Source of the DNA: Bispira polyomma
Taxonomy: Eukaryota
Assembly: GCA_965649765.1 (NCBI GenBank)
Contig: OZ287759.1
Coordinates: 13,020,001-13,084,000 of the forward strand
Length of the DNA: 64,000 bases
Reading direction: 5' to 3'
The notes beneath the pieces are model-generated. The model was not told where the DNA came from. It searched no databases and saw only the letters and a list, made by a program, of their open reading frames with translations. Below are positions 40,772-52,600 of the stretch, piece after piece. The stretch's first letter is position 1; each line of letters starts with the position of its first letter. The position numbers and the translations under genes were made by a program.

Positions 40772-41995
40772 GTCCCACAAATATGGAATGCATGAACATG
40801 AATTTAAAAAAATTATCTAAAGCACAAAACAGCTTAATTATTCAGACATTGACAACCGTAAGTTATACTATAATATATTAGTTATATATCAGAAATATTT
40901 CTTACACATCTTGTCCACCTGAAATGTATGCACCACTTTGTTGAGGCTAAAGGTGGAAGGGTAATTTCCCATATTAAGATTAAACTTAAAGCTTTTTTAG
41001 TTATGCATTTGTGTGATTTTATATTTGGCTCTTATAAGAAGTGGAAGGATTTTGGGTTATATTGGTTAAAATTTGATTTAAAAGATTATTTACATGACTT
41101 TTTCCAATCAAATAATGTATCTTTTAATAATGTTCGTTATAGTTTATCGAAGCCAAAATTTTATGATGATGCGATATGTTATTTTAAAGAGGTGTTAAAA
41201 ATTGATCCTAATTTTGATTTAAAGAATGCATCGGTTAAGAAAATTTATAATGTTTTGTTGCAGAATGCTGTTAAAATACCGAGAATTCAAGCAGTTTAAT
41301 TCCTAATTTAAATTACACAGAGGCTTTTCTTAATAATAGTATATCTTTATTGTCTTGTGAGAGTAGGGATATTACCTTTCGTATTTTACATAGAATTTTA
41401 CCAGTTAATGATTATTTATACAGACTTAATAGAATTGTGAGAAATCCAAATTGTGTGTTTTGTTGTAATGATAGAGAAACTTTAGAGCATTTATTCTATA
41501 ATTGTAAGATTGTTCATCCTATTTGGCTTTTTGTTCAGCAGCTTTTGTCTCAAATTTCCGGATCTTGTGTTACTATTTCTGCTTATAATGTTGTTTTTAA
41601 TATATTTAAAAAATCAAAGGTTAGTAGTTTAAATGTTTTGTACATTTTAATTTTAGCTGAAGTAAGATGGGCAGTTTGGATGTGTCGGAATTTACATAAG
41701 TTTCAGGAAAAGAATGTTAATAGTGTTTATATTAAGTATATATTTTTAAGTAATTTAAGGTTAAGAATTTTGGCGGATTATAAAAGGTTACCAGAAGCAA
41801 AATTTAATAAATTGTGGTCTTTTAATGGGGTAATATGTAAATTTGAAAATGAAGAATTAAAAATTTTGATTTGATATTCAGAAAGTAGTAACCATTTTGT
41901 TTTGTGGTATCTTTGGTACATGTACATTATTTTCTCTTTTTTTGTTGGGTTTTTGTATTTGTTTTTAACATGTATGTTTGTAAATAAATTTTATG

Positions 41996-42033
<38 letters not shown>

Positions 42034-45000
42034 TGGCAGGGTACAGGCAGTTGCTAAAATATACTACCTTCACCAACCCTCACCTGCCCTCCCCCCCCTC
42101 CCCTTAACCCCCCTATTTCTCTCACATACTCCTGATTTATTGGTTGGATTTGAAAGTTCGAATGATGTCATATATCTGACGTCTAAATGACATCATATTT
42201 CTAATGTCACTTAGACGATGGAAGCATGATATCATTCCAACTTTCAAATCCAACCTAAAAAAGATGTCAGTTAGACATCGGGGTGGTACGTCATTTAGAT
42301 ATCATATAGACATCATTTTGCCCGCTGGGTTTCCATCGCACCCATTCCATTCCAGCAAATAGTATGTACCGTCAACGATGATCGCCAAAGCACTCCTAAT
42401 GAGGACAAACTTGAATAACGAAGGTGAAAGCTACTGTCACCGATTGCTACCTGTGGTGCGTTCGCGATGGGCATCCGTGTAAATGACACCCAGGTATTAT
42501 ATACATGTAATAGTTCAGTGTTCTGTTTGTTACAGTCTAATGTACTCAATATGAGAAAAGTAAAAGAAGTAATTCCATCAATATCTCTGCAGGTTACTGG
42601 TGGGCGCCCCAGCCTCCCACAGATACAGCCAATATACCAGTGGAGACGTATACATGTGTCGATTAGACTCATCAGATCACACCTGTCAACCCATGGACTT
42701 CCACGAAGATGGTGAGTTATAGAGAATTTATATTATAGTGACAATATAGGAAGCATAAAAAAAAACAATAACATTTCTGTATCCAGTCCATTGGGCTTAT
42801 TATATTCACTTTTAACATTGAATAAATTAAATTACAATTTATAACAACAGAAATATAATGACTCAGCATAGAAATTTTAAAAATAAATTACAATAGGTTT
42901 GGATTTCACCTTTACCATAAAACAACATTGTCCTTTGCTCCCAATAATAACATTATAATTTAACTACATTTTTGATACAGTTATGTTATATAAATAGAAA
43001 CTGAATCTAATATGTATTTAGTCATGTACATGCAAAAGGACAATAAATAAATAATAAACCAATTAAAGCGTTCAACAGACAAACTTTAACCCCCCAATAT
43101 AAAAACCTGTAAACAGAACTATTTACATTGTACATACATGGTTTAGCATCAAATTGCTTCAGCTTTGGTAAAAACTATGACACCTGATTGCCTCATATAT
43201 TATAAATCTAATGTATTCCCTGTTTTAACTAGCCTGTCGGATGAGTCACTAACCATTGTGGACAGTTTCTTATACTTTGTAGAATAACTGAACAGCGTAT
43301 ACTTATTTAAGCGATACTTTGATGCTAATTATTTCATTATACTACTTGCATTAAACTGGCTGCCATTTAATGCCAGTTTCCCACAAAGATGCACTAAACC
43401 ATTGCCACTGCAAATCACATTATCACAGTGCACAGAACACTTGATATTTGTGGAGAAACAGCTTTATTGTCTATAAAAACGATACACACATTTCTTTTTT
43501 GTAAAGGTGAACCCACGCCATTAGTGCTGCTTGATCTGTCGGCTGCTTTTTATACAATTGATCACAGGAAACTTATTGACTTTTTGTCATCATGGTTTTG
43601 TTTCCAAGGCACTGTCTTGAAATGGTTTACTTTGTATCTCTCAGATCGATACCAAGCAGTTAAAATAGGTTCGGCTCTGTCAGACTTGCTTAAGTTAGAG
43701 TTCTTGTACTTCAGGGCTCAGTGTTATGTCATGCGCCTTAGAATCGGCTAACACAGAGATAAGTGCTATAAAAGGTAGATTAGATGCTGATGACGACTCA
43801 GGACTATGTTGTAGGACACATGATTGGTTCGGTTGTTGCGCTTTTAAAGATTCCTCACATCAATAAAGCAAGTTAAAAATATATAATACAATACACTAGG
43901 CCATTGCGGTCCCACACAGTGGACTTTGACATGGAGTCATAATAAATATCACAAAGTGGCTTAAACAGGGGGCATAGAGTTCTTGAACAAGAATACAATA
44001 GACCATTATATCTGACTAAGAAAGAAAGAACAGTTTTCGTGAGAACTCTGTCAACGTTTTTTGTAACATTATAGATATTATAATACTTATAAGCTAATCT
44101 CTGGGGTAACCTATATCTTGGCAGACAAAAATCTTCACATACTTATAACTATTAAAATACAACAGGGTCTTTTATATATTGACAAAATCATTTAAAATGC
44201 TCAAAGAGTGGCAGTATACCTGGGAACTCTTTTTGAATACAACCTCCACTGTAGTGTAATTGATATTAAGCGATAATTGGTATGAAATAATTTTGTGTGA
44301 CTTTTTACATTGTAATGCAAAGTTTTTTTTGTAATACATGCTAAAAATACTTTTTTTTCAAAGTGTGTCTAGTGGGTGAATGCCCCAGAAATAGAATGGT
44401 TAAATAAAACATGAAGCAAATCTCTTTAACAATGTAAACTAAAAATACATAGTGTTGTTTGTGGATGTGATGTATACATGGGTTTTTGCGATGATTTTAG
44501 CTGTTAATGTTTCGAAATTATGTCTAAAGTTTTTAAAGTTTGACTCCCAGGAAGGGATTTGGCCTGGTGATCAGAAGATCCTTTCAAAACTATCTCTTCA
44601 AACTTGCCTACCCCCCTTTGTTCTCTCCTTGTACACCCCCACATCCTTCCTTACGATCTTGGTTTATTTTCACTTCTCTCTTGGTTAAGTGATTCTGTTG
44701 TTTCGCTTCAGAAGATGCCTTACATCAACAAGGTACATTAAGAATTCAATACAAATTCACTACAATATAGTATATAGGTCTGAATATCAGAATGCGCTCT
44801 TAAATAATTTGTTTTTTTTCCCACAAATAGATTTCCCACAAATAGATTTGCTTTAATAAACAACTCTGTTGCTTGCGATGCCTACCATCAGTAAAATGAA
44901 CGTAGCATGTCAAACCATATTTGGCTCCATATTCAAACTAGATTTCAAACTACGCCTATTTCAAACTACGCCTAATTACTCGATGACAACTAATTGTGAC

Positions 45001-46593
45001 AGATACTTCTGACAAAAAAATCCAAGATGGACGCTCAGTAACTTAGTCACGTTATCTTTTCCTATAGTAAAACTCCACACACCACATTATTATGAACATA
45101 AATCTTAAAATTTGGTTTGTAAGATGCCTGTTTTTTATGATTAAACAAGAGACCCCTGGAATGCTGGACTTGCTTACAAGTCTTTACTGTTGGTGAAACA
45201 CTGTATGACTGCATTTTACACAGTTTCCATTCTGTTCAAAAGGTGTCAGCACTAGTTTTGTTATAACTGCCAGCTTCTTCATTGTATAGAGGGAAAGAGC
45301 ATAAAACTCATAATGCCTCAGGGAAGGACCTTGCACAAACAAGGTCTACTGGGCCGCCCTTGATCCACCAATGATCAGTTTACCGAAACCTATATTATGA
45401 TATTTTAATTTGAGTTGTCTTTTCTTTGGTTTCTCTTTTTGTAGACACAAGTATATTTCGATACATGTCCAACAGAACAGATCAATGGATGGGCGCCACA
45501 CTGACCACCTCAGGGAGAGAAGACGCCAGTGTCATGGTAACTATTTATGTAGTCACACCAGTAGCCTTGTAAAGATTTGTTGTACCATTTAAAAATATAA
45601 AAGAAACATTGTTTTTGATGATACGTTTTTATTTTAATATGAAAGTGGAAGTTGCCAATGGATGAAATTTCTGAGGCGATCAACCGAAAGCAATTTGACC
45701 AATTTCATTGACTTAGAAGTATCTGTCTCCATGTGAGCACTGCGATAGGCGGGGGGCAATTCAAGGCAATTTTCTTCGCTCCTGGTAACAAAAAGGGAAA
45801 AAAGTTGACTTCCATCAGCCATTGCAAGATTGCTGTCACCCTTTGTCGACATGGAAACAGAGAGTAATTATACATATATCATATGTACTTAATGACATGC
45901 AAAAAACTTGTCTGTCTAAAAATTCCATCTTTATTATATAACCCTTATATAAAGTGACTTTTGGTCCCCACTAAGGCCACAGCGACAGATTTAAATCTTT
46001 TTTTGTCTTGATCAGATGATGGTTTAACACAGGGTTTTTTTTGTTGAGCTAAAGACTTTTTAAAAAGTCCTATTAGAACGAATACTGCAGTGCAGGTTTA
46101 AATCTGTATATTTTACAGTAGTAAAAACTCTATTAACCGAGCTTTTAAGTTTTAATTCTACATTTAAACATTTACAGTAATTAGTGGTAACTATAAATTG
46201 AACCAAAACGAATGATGAACAAGATAAAAAGAAGATATTTTGCGAGAGTAATGTACACAACTGTACCATCGCCGCTAATTTGTAAATTAGATATACGTGT
46301 ATACTTTGAGACATTGCGAACTTCAATAGCGAATATCTTCGCATGTATATATCAATAATATCTTATAAGTCTCAGCTATTGTATATCATAAACCCATTGC
46401 CACAGTCTTAAAATTATTCTTCAAACATTTTATGAACCTTCTATTATCTGCACAAAAATCTTGCATCTCCCAACCGATTTGGATATGAGAGGAGGCAGGG
46501 GGCGTAGCTACTATTAACGCTAGTACGCCCAGGCGTACTAATTTAATGACAAGAAAGAAAATATAAAACAAAAATAAATAAAAAAAAATTTGA

Positions 46594-46624
<31 letters not shown>

Positions 46625-49600
46625 TAAACTTCCTTTTATTCTGTTTGTTTTAGTAATAATATAGGTTCCTGTTGTTAAATAAAAAAAATTTGGTACCCCC
46701 CCAATTAAACCAAAATATAACCCCCCACCCCCCACAAATTTGAATTTTTGGTAGGACAAAAAAGAACATAATATATTGGATTAATTTGGGAGTACCAGAT
46801 GAGAAATCCTGGCTACTCCCCTGTCGGAGGTTATATTGTATTTATCTATAAAATTTTTCCAGGCTTGTGCTCCTAGAATGTGGATCCATGACCACACTAG
46901 TGAACATCTGGGATTTATGATTGGGGGCTGTTTTGTGCTGAAGCAGGATAGCAAAGGGAGCTACACGGAAAGATCCAGATACAATCCTTGTGTCCAGGGT
47001 AAGTCAGTCTATTGATTCTGTTGTTGCACTTCCCAAGATGATTAACAAGGCACATTAAAAATGCAAAATACAATCCTGTGTGTATCCAGTTTTATCCAGT
47101 TTTAATCCTTAGTACCAACATCTTATCCAGTTTTATCATTTGTGTATTCGTGTATTTCATCATATTATGAAAGTTATCTGGTTTATCTTTTAGGTTAACC
47201 ACCTCTAACCAGTTTTAACCCTGTTGGACTAAAATCTTATCCAGTTTTATCATGTGTGTATCCGTGTATTTCATCATATTATGAAAGTTATCTGGTTTAT
47301 CTTTTAAGTTAACCACCTCTAACCAGTTTTAACCCTGTTGGACTAAAATCTTATCCAGTTTTATCCTGTGTTTTATTCAGTTTTAATCCTGAGGTACTAA
47401 AATCTTATCGATTTTATCCTGTGGGTATCAGGATATATCCTGTAGGTATCTGGCATTATCCTGTGGGTATCCAGTTTTATGATATAAGCTATACAGTTAT
47501 ATGATCTTTTATCCCTTAATTTATTTAGCTTTATCCTATATTTTATATACAGTTTTACAGGACAACCATGTTTTTTTAATCCTGTATGAAATGTATATCC
47601 CACAGGGTTTATGCAAATACCTTAAATATTTATTTATTTTTTTTGAATATTTGATTCAGCTTTACAGGACAACCACGTTTTGAATCCTACATGAAATGTA
47701 TATGCCACATAGTTTTTGCAAATACCTTAAATATTCTTCTTCTTTTTTTTTTTTTTTCAAAAATGTTTTTTATTGCATAACTAATATACACAGTAACTAC
47801 AATGCAATACTATTAGACAATACAAAGGCACAAAAATGGATTGAAATACCTTGAATATTAATAATCTAGTTTTACCACCATATTGAAACTGGTTAATGAT
47901 GCCTGAATATACCATAAATAAATCTCTGTTGTAAATCAAGGTTTCAACCAAGGTTAACTTACAATTCCTGTCTAGTTTGTACTGTACATATAAATCTATG
48001 GGTAACTTTATGTAAGGCCAATTAAGCATGCCTAATTACTTAAGACTTTGACTAAATCCCTATTGTAATTGTGGGTTTGAACAAAGTTGGCTGACCAAAT
48101 CCTGACTATTGTGTTTCAGAGGATGACAAGCTCGAATTGAAGGACAGCAGACAAAGAATGTGCCAGTCGGGCTTTTCTGCAGTTTTTGATACGGTTTGTC
48201 CTCTTCGTAGATTTCTCCCTGAATTAAAAAGTCTTTTCGTCGGGTAAATGTCTTCATTTTAGCATACAATTTTTTTTTTTTTTTTTTTTTGTCGTTAAAT
48301 CTGTTTATTCACCCTTTTTTGACAATATTTAATTTCACTGACTACGGGGGAGGCGAGAGTGGAAACCTCCCATCGGTGTCTTACAGTATATTTCATACAC
48401 AGTATGAACTCAAATTTCATATGCAATGATATATATCCAGCAATACTATCTTATTTTTCTGACATAAAGCAAGCAAGTGATTGAGTTTTAGTGAAAGCTA
48501 AGCTTTTTTGTAGCAAAACTAATCCTTATTTATTGATGCTACAAAATGTACTATTAACATTAGTGGAGTATACATACATATCAACACATATGTTTTAACC
48601 TGTCTCAATCCTCTAAGTCACAAACCTGGTCATAAGGGGGCAGCATGTTACCAACGTTACTGCATTGCAGCAATGATCATAATGTATATGCAACTGATAT
48701 ATACTTTAAATAACAACATTAAAAATAGATTACATAATGTGGGTTTTTTTTCAGACTAGAGATAGCATTGTGATGGGCTGTCCCTCAAGTTACACAGCTC
48801 AAGGTGGGAATGACTAAAACTGGTTAGATTGTTATGGTCTGCCAGTGTGGCTAATGCTGTGGTCATACTAGGCTTATTTTTGATTGCGCACAAAAAATGG
48901 CTAATGTAAAGTAAAACGTAAGCAGAATGTAGTGCACTTAAGTAAACATAAGCATGCGTGAATAAGATGGTCCCTCAATGTCCTTTTTTTTCAAAATCGT
49001 AAAAACATTTCAAGCTGCTCGAAATTTCTCGCGTTTTGCTTATTTTTCTGAAACAGTTGGTGCGTTCGGGGAAAACATATGACACGTATTCAATGTGTAT
49101 ATGACTTAAAGGACGGCAGTAAAGCAAACTATACATCCAACCAATACCTAGAAACGAGGAGAATGAGAACGAAACAGGTTTAGAAACGTGGCTAATGTAT
49201 TTTAAAACGTGGCTAACGATACAAACATAATTGAAATAGCTATTAAAAATGTGTTAAATGCGTGTACAAACATGTACAGAACGTGTACAAAATTGCCCAC
49301 ACATTGATTTTTCTCGAACCTTCATTTAGTTCCATTTTCTTATGTTTACGGAATTTTAAACGAAACGTGAACGTGCTCAGTGTGACCACGGCATAAGTGT
49401 GTAACACACTTACTTAAAATGATAAATGCTTAAGTCATACAGGATCTCCGATCTCCAAGGGCACCAGGTGTGACCTCACATGGACAAGCAGTTTCGTTAA
49501 TTCTTATAAGACTTGCCGTGTTTGTTGTTCGGTGAAACCTCACTAGGACCAGGTTTTTCAGAGTCCTGTGTCCACTAGTCCTGAGAAGTATTCAAATTGT

Positions 49601-52600
49601 AGCTTGTTGGTGTGCAGGTGTGGTACACATGCTCTTGCTAGTCATGAGTGTTCAGTTACAGGCTAATTCTATTGTTAATGACATTGGCTATGCCTTTTTT
49701 TGTTGAGTTATTTTAAAAATGAAAGCCCCAAAATGGACTAGATTAGATTACATTGGAGATATCTGAAGCGAATGAAGTATTACATACTCGCTGGTGGTAT
49801 CATCCTTTTGTGGGGGCCGCGGTGGCCTAGTGGTTAGCAAGCATTGCGCTTCACAATCACTGATCTCTCACCTCTGGGCGGGGTGAGTTCGAATCCCGTC
49901 GATGCCTATGTGGGAATGGTGGTAGTTCCTTGCTGTGGGCCGCTGGTTTCAGTGCAGAACCTTGATCAACTGTATGCAGTGCTTTCTCCAGCGTTTCCAA
50001 CTACCCGTCCCAATATAACCTAAACAGGTACTAGAGTGGACGTTAAATATCCAAATTAAAAAAAAACAACAAAAATCATCTTTTTGTGGGTTGCTGGTGG
50101 TCTCTTAAAGCCAGGCCACACCTACACGTGCTAACGTAGCAAATCAATATTAACTGAAAATGTAGTAGTTTGTGTTAAGGTGACATCATTTTCACAAAAG
50201 TGCAGTCGATTGTGACGTTTTGTGACGTTTTGTGACGATGTTGGTATTTGTTCACATGAGCGGGGGTAAAAATCTAACACTTTACTGGCAGGATATCACT
50301 ACCTACTACTACGTACAGCTACTTACTGGTGCGTTCAGCTGCCTTATGATACTTAGTGAAATGTTCCCCGACGAATACAGACAAATGGAGATAATATCAC
50401 TACTTACTTCTACGTTATGCTACTTATACAGATGAGTTGAGACGTCCTTGAGAAACGGAGAGCTCTGCACGATTATTTCAAACAGTTTGAAGCAATCGTG
50501 GCAGTGGACTAAACAGAGACGTTTCTGTAACAATATAATCTGTTAAGCAACATCACGCAACGAATGCACTAGGGATCCTCACTTTGGCATTACCTTCTAC
50601 TACGTTTCAAAACTTTACACAGAGGTAGCTCCAACACTGGTAGGTGTGACCTGGCTTTGTAGAGATTGGAGGCCTTGTAGTGACTAAGACAGATTTAGAG
50701 AATTTGGGATTTTTTTGGGAGGGACAGTTACTAGTGCTGGTTTGCTGTACCTTGGTACCTTTACCCTTCAACAGAATGTGCCATCCATATATAGCGATTT
50801 GAAGCCCAAAATAGTCCGCCTGGTCGCCTGATGGGTTTGTTTTTCAACTTGTATATTTAATACATGTTATCTATAAATAGAAGCAGGAGTGTATACCATA
50901 TTGTCCAAATAATTAAAACTTACTTTTAATTTAGGATTAACAGCTCTTTCAACACATCTTGCATCATATATCACGATGGACAGTTCACTGGTCATGGCGT
51001 TTTATTCGGCCAACCACCAGCCTTCAGCAAGTCTACTGCCAACTTTCCCAGGGTGGGGATTTGAACCACCACTAGATTGCTGAGAGGACAGTAGCCTGAG
51101 TTATCCTTGAGATGTTTTGAGATGAAAGCCACAAAGCTCAACTCATATGAGTGTAACTCCCGCAACATGTTAATGTTTTTACTTCCATAGCACCACAAGC
51201 GATAACCAGGCATCCTCTGTGGCCCACATCCCAATCAGTACGCAAAAGTATGGCCTAATAGGAGAAAAGAAACTTGATCATAATTCAGTCATGACCAACA
51301 GATGAATGTTAAGGCAGAAAGGCGAGTTGATACAGATGTGTTGTTAGCCTTTTCCTAAAGCCTGTAATCCTTGTGGAAATAACCTATACTTTGGACTATT
51401 CATGTCATTAGAGCTTTCAAGGCTGAATTCTAATGTGCTGTCTTTTTGTTTTTTTTTGTTTTTTTAATTGGTATATTTAACGTCCACTCTAGTACCTGTT
51501 TAGGTTATATTGGGACCTGTATTTGGAAACGCTGGAGGAAACACTGCATACAGTTGATCAAGGTTCTGTTCTGAAACCAGCGGCCCACAATAAGGAACTA
51601 CCACCTTTCCCACATAGGCATCGGCGGGAATCGAACCCACGCCTGCCGATCCCAGAGGTGAGAAACCAGTGATTGAGAAATGCAATGCTTGCTAACCACT
51701 AGGCCACCATGGCCCCTCCCAATGTGCTGTCAGATTTTGTCTGAGTTTGAATTAAACTTAAGATGTTTGGTGAATATGGAAACTCGGCTTTAAGTATCAT
51801 ATTTTCATATGAGGTTTAAACTATCTATGTACGTCTAGGTCAGCTTATCCTGCAGGAAGTGGGAGAGGACTCGACTTCAACCCAAACAGGGCCCAGTGCA
51901 GAAAGGTCACTGCTATATTCATACAATGGGTTTAGTATGACCACTGGAGACTTTAACAAAGACAAAAATCAAGGTAAGAACATGTATGTATGAATATGTA
52001 CTGATAGCAGACCAATTAACAACCCACCTTGTAAAAGGATTGCAAACATAGCTTTAACCATGAAGTAAAGACATGAAATGGTCATGTTAAATTAGGCAGT
52101 ATGTGATTAGGTTTGGCTCATCAAAGGGGTTAGTGATATAGATATTCCTACAAATAGATATCCACAGTTTCAGTCTGGGTTAACTGGTCTGCCACCACTA
52201 TACCCTTTACAGTGACAATGTGTAGTTTGGTGCTCTAAAATGCCCACTGGAAGTTCTGGCCATCTGGCCAAACAGTAATTTGCGGAATTTTTTTTTAATA
52301 TTCTGTAATGCTAACTATAAACTACTATTACAGTGCTGGTGTGTAATTTGAGGCATTTTTTTTTAAACCGGCTAGAAAATTACATGAAATAGCCAATGTG
52401 TACTTTGTGGTAAACAGATTAGAGTTGGTTTTTGCCGAAACAAATTTGTGCTTCAGAAATTTCCATTGAAATCAACTTTTTGTGCGGGTTAAAGGATATC
52501 TATCTATTCTAAACAGCTATACAACCTCTATTATCTGACTATGGTGGTGAGAGCAAGAATTTGTTCAGTTAATAGAAGGTTCAGAAAGCAATAGAGGCAT

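Larger units (their letters stand above)
39895..42329. mobile_element. CCCA...TGGG-ended non-autonomous DNA element (EnSpm/CACTA-like by inference) carrying nested insertions
   Basis: Termini cccattaggca / tgcccgctggg, 2-bp flanks tt/tt, gacgtc/gatgtc subterminal repeats on both sides. Confidence 0.5.

Noticed and set aside
49812-49900. tRNA gene (possible TCA anticodon reading)
   Set aside because: Anticodon and acceptor stems do not pair convincingly; it is the head of a repeated SINE with TSDs
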